From: Octopus vulgaris
Taxonomy: Eukaryota
Assembly (NCBI GenBank): GCA_951406725.2
Contig: OX597840.1
Span: 16,988,001-17,052,000, forward strand
Reading direction: 5' to 3'
DNA length: 64,000 nt
In this document: in pieces, positions 40,450 through 54,611 of the stretch
How positions within the stretch are numbered: the stretch's first letter is position 1
How the letters are laid out: every line of letters begins with the position of its first letter
Made by a program: the position numbers and the translations under genes
The notes under the pieces: generated by a model
The model's database searches: none
Seen by the model: the letters and a program-made list of their open reading frames with translations, nothing else
What the model was told of the DNA's origin: nothing

Positions 40450-41292
40450 CTGTTATCTTTTACTTGTTTCGGGCGCTACACTGCGGCCATGCTGGAGCAC
40501 CGCCTTGAAAAGTTTTTAGTCAAATGAACCAAACCCCAGTCGTTACCTACTTTTTAAGTTAAAAAAAAACATTCTCTGTCTCGTTTGCCGAACCGCTAAG
40601 TTACGAGGACATGCACACACGAACACCGGTTGTCAAGCAAAGGTGGGTATCGCTTGGCAACACAGGCACAAAGACACACACACACACACACACCACATAG
40701 ATATAAATATATACGACGGGCTTCTTTCAGTTTCCATCTACCAAATTCACTCACAAGGACTTGGTCGATCCGAGACAAGGGTAGAAGGTACTTTCCCAAG
40801 GTACTTTCCCAAGGTACCACACAATGGGACTGAACCTTGAACCATGAAGCAATCTTCTTACCATACAACTACGCCTGTATGTGTGTGTGTGTGCGTGCGC
40901 GCGTCTGTGTGTGTAGTGCAGACATGGCTGTGTGGTAAGAAGTTTGCTTCCCAACCACATGGTTTCAGGTTCAATCCCACTGCGTGGCACCTTGGGCAAG
41001 TGTCTTCTACAATAGCCTCGGGCCGACCAAAGCCTTGTGAGTGAATTTGGCAGATGGAAACTAAAAGAAGCCCGTCATGTGTGTGTGTGTGCTTGTCTCC
41101 CCACTCCACTGTTTGACAACCGAGGTTGGTGCGTTTATGTCCCCGTAACTTAGCGGTTCGGTAAAGAGATTGATAGAATAAGTACCAGGCTTTAAAAATA
41201 AAAGTACCAGGGTCGATACATTCGACTATAAATTCTTCAAGGCAGTGCCCCAGTATGGCCGCATTCTAATGACCGAAACAAATAAAAGATAA

Positions 41293-41295
<3 letters not shown>
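40450..41295. mobile_element. Head-to-head pair of SINE family B (head GG.GTGGCTGTGTGGTAAG..GGTTCA.TCCC)
   Basis: ~40450-40875 on - and ~40922-41295 on +. Confidence 0.75.
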
Positions 41296-41337
<42 letters not shown>

Positions 41338-41505
41338 ATATACACACACACATATGTATGTATATATACACACACACGAGCAAGTTTGTGTCGATTTTTG
41401 AAGGAAAGAAAAAGGTCAATAAATACTTGCCATTACATTTTTAATCAACCAAATATGAACCATATGTATGTGTGTGTGCACATATGTATGTATATATACA
41501 CACAC

Positions 41506-42228
41506 ACGAGCAAAACGCCTCCCGTCCAATGGACGGTGCTGAGTTGTCCAAACATTTAAACCAAATTTTCTCAAAACAACTTGTCCGACCATCACATAGA
41601 CCTCCCCTTTGAGAAACACTGATTTGACCTAAATTTGAGACACCAGAGAAGAAATAAAGATAGGCTTTTTTCTATTCCAAAGAAAAACGATTTTATTTAC
41701 ACAAATATGCAACCGAAGAGTTTAATGTACCAGTAATGATAAGGCTGTTGACTGTGAGAACAAAAACATGGTTTAAACAGTAAGCTTGGCAGGAAAGAAA
41801 CGTGCCTTTAAGCAGAACAAAAACAACAAAAAATGGAAGGTGCAGTTATGTACAGGTTGACGGAAGAAAAGCAGGACAAAAACGATACATGCAAATGGGT
41901 TAACTGGAGGTAAATCTAGATGGAAAAGCATGATGAATTTATGAGAACGTACCTGGGACAATAAGTTTATCCGATAAAACATGTAGGAAATCATCTTGGG
42001 GCGATTTTTGATGAAAAGCAACAACCTAGGGAACTTGCGCGTGCAAATGCACGTTCCCACGGCATTATCGATCACATTCTCACCTGGAATCGATTTTTGT
42101 AATTTTTTAAAGACTTATACACGCCCTGATACCGTCGTTATCTACAAATCAAATTTGAGCGCAATCGAATGGAGGATGCCTGAGATCCTAGAAGACACAC
42201 ACACACAACGGATTTTATATAATATATA
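41506..42228 (-). mobile_element. Helitron-like non-autonomous element
   Basis: Hairpin CCGTCCA-A-TGGACGG near one end and a (CA)n..TTTTATATA end; its terminal ~125 bp recur at 43072-43200. Confidence 0.45.
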
Positions 42229-42230
42229 AA

Positions 42231-42602
42231 TTGGGTTGTCCGGAAAGTTTGTGTCGATTTTTGAAGGAAAGAAAAAGGTCAATAAATACTTGCCATTACA
42301 TTTTTAATCAACTAAATATGAACCATTTTGTTGCACAATGCGTCTCCATCTTTCCTTTCACTTGAAAATACCCTCTTCCCAGAATTGAGGTGGTTTCATG
42401 GCAAAGAATTCATCAAGGTATCTTTTTACATCATCCAAAAGAATTGAAATTTTTACCATTAAGGCTATTCTGCAGGGACCTGAGTAAGTGGAAATCCGAA
42501 GGAGCAATATCTGGTGAATATGGAGGGTGGGGTAACACACCCCAGCCGAGCTGCAGCAATTTTTGTCTGGTTCCCAAAGCATCAAGTGCCGAAAACGAAC
42601 TT
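42231..42602 (-). mobile_element. Second copy of the deleted mariner element
   Basis: Same TIR and same deletion junction (LMLWE|PDKN) as 30863-31428. Confidence 0.85.
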
Positions 42603-43257
42603 ATATATATATAATCGTTCTATCGCAGAAAAAATATTTACTTGAATGAAATTTTTTTCTAATTTTGGTGCAAGGCTAGCAATTACGGGAAGAGGTAGTT
42701 CGTCGGCTACATCGTCCGTAGTACATGACTGGTACGTATTTCATCGACTCGGCGCCATTTGAACTCAGAACGTAAAGCAGGAAAATATTCCTCGAAGCAT
42801 TTTGTCTTGCGTGCCAACGATTCTGCCAGCTCGCCCCACAAGTAATAAATTTAAAATAGACAAGGAAAAATATCAAGAAAAGAAATAGGCAAACTGGATT
42901 GACATAATGGGGCTTAGCTTGTTATGCTTCCAGATATTAAATAAAATGTCTAGTTTTGTTTTCTTCTTCGGTGTTAATAATTTAAGATATTTAATAAAAC
43001 ATGGTTTTATCATTGTGTTTAGAGTCATGTCGTGAAGGCACCTGGCTTAGTGGTTAGGAGCACTTGGCTCGCCTGGAATCGATTTTTGTAATTTTTTCAA
43101 GACTTATACACGCCCTGATACCGTTGGTATCTACATATCAAATTTGAGCGCAATCGGATGGAGGATGCCCGAGATCCTAGAAGACACACACACACACAAT
43201 GATGGACCGTTAGCTCCTACACGCATTTTTTTCTCTCCTTGTTTCTTTTCTGTGTAT

Positions 43258-43293
43258 CTTTCTGTCGAAGAGCGTAGGCTCGAAACGTTAAAG
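43258..43293 (+). ncRNA. Minimal hammerhead-like motif (A6U variant)
   Basis: CUUU-CUGUCGA-A-GAGC(GUAG)GCUC-GAA-ACGU-U-AAAG. Confidence 0.5.
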
Positions 43294-43418
43294 ACTTGTC
43301 CTATTTCTATTCCTGAGCGCCATACTAATACATTTATTTGTTTGTACTCCACCTGCCTTCGTCTTTTGTTTATTTTCGTAAACCTTCCCGTTATATATAT
43401 ATATATATATATGCCAAC

Positions 43419-43458
<40 letters not shown>

Positions 43459-43461
43459 AAC

Positions 43462-43497
<36 letters not shown>

Positions 43498-43963
43498 AAC
43501 ATTATATATATATATATATATCTATGCCAACATCATAAATTAAACTAAACAACACATGGCCTTAATCCCATTGGATCCTAATACCTCAAGGTAATTTTTT
43601 CATGAACAATCATTAAACTCAAGATACACAACGAACTCACAATGTATCGGAGTACTTATTTTTTAATTTTTATACATATTTACTACTATTAATTTTTATA
43701 CATATTTACTACTATTATTCTTTTGCAAAAAACAATGCAACTTTTTTTCCCCTTTCTCATTTTTAAAAAAACCTTTTCACCTAACGATTCTTGATAAGTC
43801 AAACTATGACGAAAACCGGTTTGAATAAATAAATATATTTCTATATTTTTCCATTTTCTCAATTCATTAGAATTTTCTTTCAATCGAGCATTCTGCATTT
43901 TTACAATTTTTCATTGCTTATCATTTCTCCACGTGCGGTCAACACAACCTCACCATTTATTGA

Positions 43964-44020
<57 letters not shown>

Positions 44021-44099
44021 TAATTGTTCAGTTTGGTGAGATAAGGAACTTTACACAACATAAACAATGGCGATGGCGGCCAAAAAGTGAACAAATGTG

Positions 44100-44520
44100 T
44101 TCTTTTTTATCCATGGAAATACGTCGGAGCCAAACATCACATATTTCCGGACCGAAATTACACCAGTCTACGACTGTAGTTCGACTAATGACGGAAGACA
44201 GGTGCATAATATTTTGTGACATATCTTGCGACCAACAATAAACAATTAAAATGATATTGAGCAAAGAAATATGACTTCTCTCAAAAAAAAAAAACAACAA
44301 CAGATTTGCTCCTTTTACAATGCTTGCAGTGCCATAATTTTCCATCAGTAACGTCACCACATGTAATAAGGCCACATGGTGAATTACAATTTTCACAGGT
44401 GTACATATTCATAATTAGTCGACGCCATGCCAACCACTGAAGAATGCTGTCTCCAGTTTCTCCTAATTGAATGATAGTTATGATTCCTCTAAGATTGATT
44501 CACGGCTGAGGATTTCCATG
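44100..44520 (-). pseudogene. Merlin (IS1016/IS1595-like) transposase N-terminal fragment
   Basis: LQWLAWRRLI..CENC..CGL..DGKLWHCKHC..SV, then FFERSHISL..YCWSQD..SRTTVVDWCNF..EIC; frameshifted. Confidence 0.65.
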
Positions 44521-44694
44521 TTCAGGAACAATGTATTACGGTGCCGCTGGTCTTCCACGTTCCATTCCGTTCGATTGAAAAATAAAAGAACGACCAAACA
44601 TCTCTTTACTACTTATCTCCTCCTGAATTTTTATTTGTTTTTTTTTTAAACTAACCAAACTGTCGTTCACAGAAATATTACCTATATATATATA

Positions 44695-44728
<34 letters not shown>

Positions 44729-44769
44729 TATATATATATATAGGTATATATATATAGGTAATATTTCTG

Positions 44770-44827
<58 letters not shown>

Positions 44828-45071
44828 GAAATATGTTACAAAAAGAAAATAGAAATTGCACGTGGAAATGTAAGGGGAAAGTAAGAAGAAAACTAAGCGA
44901 AAATGCAGATTGGAAATCAAAAAAATAAAGGCTTTTTATGAAGAGTAACGATAGATATATACAATTAGATGAACTGAGGTAGGAATAAAAGTAATAAAAG
45001 TCATACATACATACATACATACATACATACATACATACATACATACATACATACATACATACATACATACA

Positions 45072-45570
45072 TACAAAATAATGGAAACACCGTAAAATTT
45101 CAAACAAATCTATTTTAAATATGGGGTAGGACCGCCTTTGGCAGTAATTGAATTCTACGAGGTATGAACTCGTACAAAGTTTGAATCATTTCCAAAGGAA
45201 TTTCTGTCCCTTCTTCAGCTAAAACAGTCTCCACTTCTTGTAGTGATGATGGTGGAGGATATCGACTCCTTACTTTTTTTTCTAAAATGCACCATAAATG
45301 TTCAATAATATTGAGTTCTGGGGACTGTAGTGGCCAGATAAGATGTTCAACTTCACTAGAATGTTCCTCGTGCCATTCAGTAACAACTTTAGCTGTGTGA
45401 ATTGGCGCATTGTCATCCTGAACGATTGGGTTTCCCTTCGGAAATAGTTCCGCAACCATAGGTTAATTTTGATCAGATAAAATACTTTGCCATGAAGGGA
45501 AACCATTGGGCCGGCAGATTTCCGAGATATAGCCCCCCAAGATCATCACAGATCCTCCTCCATGTTTAAC
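45072..45570 (-). mobile_element. Tc1-like transposase 3' fragment with right end
   Basis: VKHGGGSVM and QDDNAPIHTAK..WPLQSPELNIIEHLW motifs. Confidence 0.85.
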
Positions 45571-45885
45571 ATTGGTATTCAATGCCTGGTTCTGGGTCGT
45601 GATGATTAGGCTTTCAGTATTCTTTTTTAGGTCACCCTTCTGGGACCACCTCCATAATTCTCCCTGGTCTTTTAATTTGTTGGTTTCACGGTGGAACTGA
45701 CCATGTAATTCCATACAGAGTAGGGTCTCTTCCTTCTCTCGTTGGCTGTTCTTGTCTGGAATTCATGAGCACTCTCAAGTCCATTTTTGTTACTCCTTCT
45801 TCACTAACAGCATACTGTAGCAGGTCTTCTTTGCTGTTTACCAAATATACTGCTATGTTTCTTCTTCCACTGTTGATGCAGTTAT
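45570..45885 (-). mobile_element. R4/Dong-like LINE fragment fused to the Tc1 fragment
   Basis: LHGQFHRE..WRWSQKGDLKKNTESLIITTQNQALNTN; begins next to (TAA)n. Confidence 0.7.
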
Positions 45886-45902
45886 TATTATTATTATTAT
45901 TA

Positions 45903-46373
<471 letters not shown>

Positions 46374-47610
46374 ATGGTGGTGATGGCCGTCGTCGTCGTG
46401 GTAGTAGTAGTAGTAGTAGTATAGTAGTAGTAGTAGTAGTAGTAGTATGAGGAGGAGGAGGAGGAGGAGGAGGAGTTATTTATTGTGTAATCGTAATCTT
46501 TAAATCCGTCAAACATACACATCCAAAGAAAAACTAACACTTTTTAACCCACGAGATAATTTTAGACTCTTTCTCTACAGCAATGCCCGATTTAACTATA
46601 TTTCATGACATTTCTTTGACTTGATTTCCGTTTGCAGACAAAATAAATCCGACTAAAATACCAATGCCAATTAAATCACTTTCACCTATTCCATGTATAA
46701 ATTGGTCCATATCAAAGGATATGTTATTATTTAACGCCAGGTCAACCCTAAGCAAGTAGACCTATGATCGTGCAACACAAACGAACTTGCAAAGCCAGTT
46801 TATCTCGTTTGATATGGCTGCCATTTTAAAATGAAGTTTCTGTCTAAAAACAAACATTTGATCCGATAATTGTTTAGTCTTTGCTAGATATGATAGACAA
46901 ATATAAACCAAAAATATTTCATTGATTAAACTTGGACGAACTACCTTTTTCAAATATATACACTGAGTTAATCTGTTTGACTTGTCCAAATAAATATACA
47001 TTCGATAGAAAGATAACCTTTTATCGTCTGCGAATATCTCTTTGATATAAATGGCGATTACTTACTTTGTACTTGAAATGTTGTTTACATTCGGAGTTGG
47101 ATATCAAAGTCAGTTGCTAACGAAGTAATCGAGCTTCTTTCATGTTCAATGTGAAGGATGTCTGTGTACTTCAATGTACTTCTGTGTGTGCATGTATGGA
47201 CGTATGGGTGTGTGCATGAATTATGCATGAATTATGTATGTACTCATGTTTGATGTGTATGAGGTGTGTGTTTATGAAGATGTGGACCCCTCTCTCTATT
47301 AGTGCATATGTATACGTGATGTGTTTACCGATGTGTACATGCATGTTTTGTATTTTAGCATGTACGTTGTACATATGTATCTGGTGAGCGTGTGCTTAGA
47401 CGTAGGCGTTTTGTCTGTAAATTTGTATCTGTGTATATGTAGTGTGTGTGTGTGCGTGTGTGTTTGTATTTATGTGTGTGTATATCTATGAGTGTGTATT
47501 TATGTGTATGTATGTATGTATATACGTTTCTAGTGTGTGTATTTGTGTGTATGTTATGTATATTTGTATGTATGCGTGTGTATTTGTTTATGTGTGTTTG
47601 TATTTATGCG

Positions 47611-47644
<34 letters not shown>

Positions 47645-48470
47645 TGTATGTATGTATGTATGTATGTATGTATGTATGTGTGTATGTATGCGTGTATGTA
47701 TGAAATAAATTGAGAACTGACCCATATCGGAGAATGTGTCGTGACAATGAGACGTCGCATGAGAATCATCTCCGAAGTGAGGGATGTACACCTCGATACG
47801 ATTGCATACAAAACCCTCAGTTGCCCGTACAACAAGCCTTTCCCACATCATACCACAGGATGTTGTCCAAAGGGCAAGGGCCCAGATAAAACGTCACCAC
47901 TATCCTCACAAATGTAAAATCAACGTTAGATACTTTTGGGGTCTCCAGATCCAGATTTGATCATCAGAATTCACTCTCAAGGTAGCAAAAATTTCAAGTT
48001 TGTTTTCTGACTGTCTTTTAGATTTACTGCCTTTTCAGGCTGACTAATTCCATTAACCTGAAGCATCATCAACCGGAGCCCATGTGACCCTTGGGGGTCC
48101 ATATGACCCTTAAGAGTCCATATAAGATATTTTGTTAAAGTTGGTGCTACTTTGGCGCGTGATCTACAACTTAAAGGGCGATTACTTTAGGTTACTTTTT
48201 AGTTTACTTCTCAATTTCTAAAAACCTTTAAGATGTTGGCAAAAGATTTCTTACAATAAACTCTTTTGTACATAGTTAGTATTGTAAATGAATTTTTTGA
48301 AAAATTCTTACTATTTTATTTCATTTTTGGATTTAGTTTGCAAGATTCTTCATGTGAGTTCGTGTGTTGAAGCATGTTTTGTTGTGTCTGGGGAGAGTCA
48401 TTTTCTTTTAGTTCCTTGTTATTTAACACACGCACCGGTAAAGTTTCCACTCGTATACTTATTTATTTTT

Positions 48471-48507
48471 CTAAAATTTTCGTTGTGTCCTGCAACCTTT
48501 TCAATAG
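48471..48507 (-). ncRNA. Minimal hammerhead-like motif with U3-A8 covariation
   Basis: Reverse complement reads CUA-UUGAAAA-G-GUUG(CAGGACA)CAAC-GAA-AAUU-U-UAG. Confidence 0.4.
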
Positions 48508-48769
48508 TTTATTCTTCTTCTTTTATTCTTTTATTTGTTTCAGTCATTTGTCTGCGGCCATGCTGGAGCACCACCTTTAGTCGAGAATTAAGATAAGTGC
48601 TTAGACCATACAAGTTTGGCAGCTGCGAGTTTTGAAACATAAAGAAACTAAAAACTAACCTAAAGGAATCACCCTTGAAGTTGTAGATCAAAAGGAAAAG
48701 GAATACCTTGAAGTTTATGTACAATAAATTGCTTCATGCTCTCGCTTGATGGAGTTGGGGGTCATCCCA

Positions 48770-49010
48770 GGTTAGTGGTCCCAGAGACATCATAATGCAT
48801 TAAGCCAACAAAATCCACATGTGCTCTCCATTGCTGGCGGTTCCATGCCAGCTCCTCTGCACCCTCCAAGGTGATGATGAGCTTCTGGAGACCTTCCTTA
48901 ATCATGTCCAGCCATGTGGAGCATGCTACAAGGCCTTCTCCAGCCCAGAGCTGCTGCGTTGAATGAGAATAAAACCCTGGTAGGATGATCTTAGTGGGAG
49001 ACGTAGGACA
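48770..49010 (-). mobile_element. RTE-like LINE 3' fragment
   Basis: TWLDMIKEGLQKL..EELAWNRQQWRAHV resembles the RTE ORF C-terminus. Confidence 0.55.
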
Positions 49011-49340
49011 ATACAAAAAATATTTCAATGATTTCTTTCATAGAATTCTTAATGATATTTATTTACAAAGATATAATGGGGATTTTTTGAAATATTGAGT
49101 GGCTATGAGGGTCCAGTAGAGTAAAACAGGAATCTAAAGGGTGCACAAGCAAAAGATGGTAAAGAACCAATAAGCTAGAGGGTGTACCACCTGGGACCCA
49201 GGTAAGCTTTCAACACAGAATACAAAGGAAAGTAATCAAATATAAGCTTACTTGTCAGACGCTTTATTGATTCTAACATCTATATTTCCACACACACACA
49301 CACACAGATTGACATGTGTGTGTGTGTTTGTGTGTCTTTG

Positions 49341-49371
<31 letters not shown>

Positions 49372-49424
49372 CTGTTTGTTGTCTACACCACCAGTCTTCA
49401 TCATTTGTTTTTTTTGTGAATTCT

Positions 49425-49458
<34 letters not shown>

Positions 49459-49474
49459 ATATATATATAGGGAG

Positions 49475-49638
49475 AGGAGTGGCTGTGTGGTAAGTAGCTT
49501 GCTTACCAGCCACATGGCTCTGGGTTCAGTCCCACTGCGTGGAACCTTGGGCAAGTGTCTTCTACTATGGCCTCGGGCCGACCAAAGCCTTCTGAGTGGA
49601 TTTGGTAGACGGAAACTGAAAGAAACCCATTTTATATG

Positions 49639-49676
<38 letters not shown>

Positions 49677-49905
49677 CACGCACGCATGTGTGTATGTTTG
49701 TGTGTCTGTGTTTGTTCCCCACAACATCGCTTGACAACTGATGTTGGTGTGTTTGCATCCTTGTCACTTAGCAGTTTGGCAAAAGAGACTGATAGAATAA
49801 GTACTAGGCTTCCAAAGAATAAGTCCTGGGGTTGATTTGCTCGACTAAAGGCTATGCTCCAGCATGGCCACAGTCAAATGACTAAAACAAATAAAAGAAT
49901 AAAAG
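49475..49905 (+). mobile_element. SINE family B
   Basis: Full head and tail; internal (TG)n. Confidence 0.8.
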
Positions 49906-49963
49906 AATATATATATATGTGTGTGTGTATACATACATACATGCTTACACTTTATATATATAT

Positions 49964-50013
<50 letters not shown>

Positions 50014-50431
50014 GCATTGATAAATATATATATATATATATAGATAGATAGATAGATAGATAGATAGACAAAGTGATAGACATGGGTAGATTTTAACTAA
50101 GAGCTGCTCAGGCCAGCTGTTGTCTTTCGCAGACATATTGACTCCCTATAATGTACAAGAGATCATACTTTGAAGCAGATTAAGAGATCAATCCGGATTT
50201 ACAATACAGATTTGAAACTGGAGATTAACAGCAGATTATCAGCACCACCACCCTACCCCACATATACACACACACCGGCACCATCACCATCACCACCGTT
50301 TTCCTCCGCCTTTCATCTTCTTCCTCCTTTTTATCATCATTATCATCATCATCATCATTGCCATCGTCGTTGTCATTGTTGCCATCATCTTCACCATCAC
50401 CACCACCAACACCAACACCACCACCACCACT

Positions 50432-50463
<32 letters not shown>

Positions 50464-50999
50464 CAACAGCAGCAACACCATCATCATCACCACCATCATC
50501 ATCATTATCATTGTCATTATTATTGTTGTTATTGTTATTGTCAATGTCTTAAGGCAACAAACTACAAATTGCTAAATGGCACTTTTCCCAGCTCCATGTC
50601 CCCAGCTCAAATCCCTTCAAAACCGACTTTACCATTCGTCCTTTCCAGGGTCATAAAATAAGTACCAGTCACTGGGGTCAATGTAATCAACTGAGCCCCT
50701 CCCCTTAAAATTATTGGCCTTCTCACTATAACAGAAAGGATTATTATAAGATATTTTCTATGCTCTGTTTATTTTCCTCTCATCTCATTGTGTTCTCCTT
50801 TTCTTTCTCCTCATCTTTTATGTAATTGCTTACACAAATTATAGACCATCCTTCTGATGTCCTCACATCATCTTTGCCCCTGTAGCAAATAGAAGAAATT
50901 ATTATTATTGTTGTTATTTCAGAAAGACTCTCAGATAGTTCTTAATTACCGATTAGTCTTTACTTGAAAGCAGGCAATAACAAATCAAAGGTTTCAAGT

Positions 51000-51309
51000 G
51001 GTGCCTTCTCCTGTTACTCAAAGAGACAATTCTCTCCTTAGAATGCAAGCTGTACCCAACAATGCTGCCTTCTGGATCACCTTGAGCCTGACAGCAGCTC
51101 CAATATTCTTAATATGTTTGTCAAAGCCCTTGGAAACTGTTCCTAATGCTCCAATTACCACCGGTATCACCATTACTTTCCTCATGCCCCATAACTTTCC
51201 CATCTTGTCCCGCAGTGGCTGGTATTTCTCAATCTTTTCTGTTTCCTTACATTTCACCCTCGAATCGCCTGGTATTGCAACATCCATTATCTTTACTTCT
51301 TTTTCATTT

Positions 51310-51310
<1 letters not shown>
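51000..51310 (-). mobile_element. R4/Dong-like LINE 3' end
   Basis: DVAIPGD..EKIEKY..VIPVVIGALG..QKAALLGTA; adjacent to (TAA)n. Confidence 0.8.
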
Positions 51311-51358
<48 letters not shown>

Positions 51359-51362
51359 GATA

Positions 51363-52072
51363 CTAGTAGAGATACCCAGCGTTCCTCAGGATTAAAATTG
51401 CATAGTTTGTATATAAGACTTCCTCTTAAACTTTGAATGCTGGCGTTAATCCATGTTCAACTATCTCCTAAGAAATGCAGAGTTGTATTGTCTGATATTG
51501 TTCAGAAAATCCTTTGACTGGATGGAAATGCCTTCTAGAAGATCCATAAGAGTTTGAGAAGGAGCTGGTAGTGCTCGCCTGAGCAGCACATATCATTTGT
51601 TTCATTTGAAAATTTTAAAGCTTTGCAGAAATGACAATTCGAGTTTATAATGGGAGGCAAGGTTTACAATATCGGGAGAATATCGCCTTCTCCCATTAAA
51701 TATTGTTCTTCATGTAGTTCAGGTTCCAGCAGGCGAAGAAAGAAGTCTTTAAGTACAAATGCCATTTACAACTGGTTTAATTACAAGTTTCAACTAAAGG
51801 TGGTGCTCAGCATGGCCACAGTCAAATGACTGAAACAAGTGAAAGAGTAAAGAGTATAGAGCTTATTCTTTCACTTCTGACACATAATACCGAACCAGTG
51901 CCAATGTTATGTTGTTTTAATCCAAATGAAATAAAAATGACATGATGCCACTCATAGGGTCTGATACTATTACCTTGTAAAATTTCATTTGATTTGGTCA
52001 AGCCATTTGAGGAGGCCTAGGGAAAAGATAGACAGACAGAGAGACAAAGAATTTTATAGATATGGATATAGA
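51363..52072 (-). mobile_element. Helitron-like non-autonomous element
   Basis: Starts A|TC on the - strand and ends CTAG|T after a degenerate hairpin. Confidence 0.5.
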
Positions 52073-52215
52073 TAAGGTGGTGAGTTAGTAGTATCGTTAG
52101 CATACCAGGCAAAATGCTTAGCAGTATTTAATCCATCCTTACGTCCTGAGTTCAAATTCTACTGAGGTCAACTTTGCCTTTCATTCTTTCAGGGTCAATG
52201 AAATAAGTCCCAGTT

Positions 52216-52530
52216 ACATACTATTGTTTGTTCCTTCTTGTGCCACACCTGGCTCATAAGGGCTGGTTTCCCGGTTTCCTTGGTGTATAGGTTCCCCACC
52301 TGGAAGGGACGCCAGTCCATTGCAGATGAGTTGCAAGATGCAGGAGGAAAGAGTGAGAGGAAGTTGTGGCGAAAGAGTCGGCAGAAGTTCACCATTACCT
52401 TCTGCCAGAGTCGCATGGAGCTTAGGTGTTTCGCTCATAAACACACGCATCGCATGGTCTGAGATTCGAACCCGCAATCCCTTGACCGCGAGTCCGCTGC
52501 TCTAACCACTAGACCATGTGCTTCCACAGT
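52216..52530 (-). mobile_element. SINE family C-related copy nested in a family A SINE
   Basis: tRNA-like head (GGTCTAGTGGTTAGAGC..GGTTCGAATCTC on -); flanked by the direct repeat CAGTTACATACTA. Confidence 0.7.
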
Positions 52531-52840
52531 TACATACTAGGGTTGATGTAATGGACTAGCCGCCCCTCCCTCCAAAATTTCAGGCCTTGTGCCTATGGTT
52601 GAAAGGTTTATTATTATAAAGGTGATGAGTTGGCAGAATCGTTAGCACATCAGGTGAAATGCTTTTTTGCTCATTGCTATGTTCTTATTTCAAATTCCTC
52701 CAATGTTAAATTTGCCTTTTATCCATTCAGGGTCAATAAAATAAATGCCAGCTGAGTACTGGGATTGATGTAATCGCCTATCCCCTTCACCCAAATTTCA
52801 GGCCTTGTGCCTAAATTAGAAAGGATTATCATTATTATTA

Positions 52841-52879
<39 letters not shown>

Positions 52880-53150
52880 TATGTTTGACTTTTGCTTTAT
52901 ATTTGCACAAGCTGGCTCCAAGTCTCACCTAGAGACCTCAAGAGACAACAGGTTGGAAGTTCATGTTGTTTTGGGTTGTTATGGCTATTTGGTTTTTTTT
53001 TAGTGTTGTACTAGTGAATGTCTAAAAAAAAAAATAACATACGAAAATTATGTTTGTTTTAAAACTTGAGATTACATAGAAAGTATTTTGCGTAGGATAT
53101 GAGCAGTTCCCATGAGCACTATCTTTTGATTTTGCATAGGATATGAGCAG
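52880..53150 (-). mobile_element. 3' end and UTR of the same LINE family as 17426-19030
   Basis: Reverse complement of ~18780-19030; adjacent to (TAA)n. Confidence 0.8.
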
Positions 53151-53164
53151 TTTTATTATAATTT

Positions 53165-53209
<45 letters not shown>

Positions 53210-53241
53210 ACTGTTCTATATTTTAGAGATGAGGAATTCCG

Positions 53242-53347
53242 TACATTATTTACATTGGACAGAATATTTGTCCCCATCTTGTTTGTTGTTACCACAATGT
53301 TTCGGCTGATTTACTCTCCAGCTTTCATCAGGCGCCCAAGCAGTGCC

Positions 53348-53388
<41 letters not shown>

Positions 53389-53572
53389 GATAATAATGAT
53401 AATAATAATAATTGAAATAACATCAGCAAAAAATACTTTAGGATTGAGAACCCAGGTTTGGGTTCAAAATTCTACCAGGACACCTGATGAAGGCTGGACA
53501 GGAAATCAGCCAAAACGTTGTGGTAACAACAAACAAGATGAGGACAAATATCCGTCCAATGTAAATAATGTA
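53242..53572. mobile_element. Inverted pseudo-LTR pair with minimal hammerheads (Penelope-type)
   Basis: Arms 53242-53337 and 53478-53572; consensus CAC-CUGAUGA-A-GGCUG..CAGCC-GAA-ACGU-U-GUG. Confidence 0.65.
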
Positions 53573-53787
53573 AATAATAATAATAATTATCATCATCATC
53601 ATCATCATTATTATTATTTGTCCTTGTTACTGGCCTTGAGCTAGTGGTAAATAAAAACATTTTTGTTGTTGTTGTTGCTGTTGTTGTGGTGGTGGTTGTG
53701 GTGGTTGTTGTTGTTGTTGGTGGTGGTGGTGGTGGTGATGTGGTAATTCTGTTTACTGTGACAAAACAAAAATTAATAGAAAAATAG

Positions 53788-53839
<52 letters not shown>

Positions 53840-53851
53840 TAATAATAATCA

Positions 53852-54180
53852 TAAGAGCACTCAGAGAGCGCAAACCACTGCCAAGGCAGCACCAACATCC
53901 TCTCAACAATTAACCAGAAATGATTTTTAAAATGTGAGTATCTGAAATGAACCTGACTGCTCTCAAAAATAAAGTAAAAAAACAGGATAAATAATCCAGA
54001 ATCCTTGTCCGGTATCAGATTGATCCCAAAATCTAATCAGTTTGTGCTAGTTATGAGGCCAAACATCCCTGGAAGTTTCATTAGAATCCATCCAGTGGTT
54101 CTTGAGATATCTTGTCCACAGAAAAACACACAAACAAATGCGACTGAAAACAATACCTCAGCCTTTCTAAGGCGGAGGTA
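53852..54180 (-). mobile_element. HINE-like element, second copy
   Basis: Homologous to 45945-46265. Confidence 0.55.
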
Positions 54181-54433
54181 ATAATATAAATATTATCTAA
54201 TGTTTTCCAAACATTATCTACGACCACCACCCAGTACTTTATAATGTCTGTTAAGCACTCCAGACAACAACAAAAACAACAGCAACAACAATGATAATAA
54301 TACTAATGAAGATGGTCAGCTGGCAGAACCGTTAGCATGCTGGGCAAAGATGCTGGGCAACATTTCTTCCATCTTTATGTCCTGAGTTCAAATTCCACTG
54401 AGGTCAACTTTGCCTTTCATCCTCTCATAGTCA

Positions 54434-54571
54434 AGGAGTGGCTTGCTTACCAACCACATGGTTCCGGGTTCAGTCCCACTGCGTGGCACCTTGGGCAAGT
54501 GTCTTCTACTATAGCCCCAGGCCAACCAAAGCCCGTCGTATATATGTATGTACATATATATATGTGTGTGT

Positions 54572-54611
<40 letters not shown>

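Noticed and set aside
50170-50661. His/Gln-rich 163-aa ORF
   Set aside because: Compound (CAT/CAC/CAA)n trinucleotide repeat with no splice or domain support.
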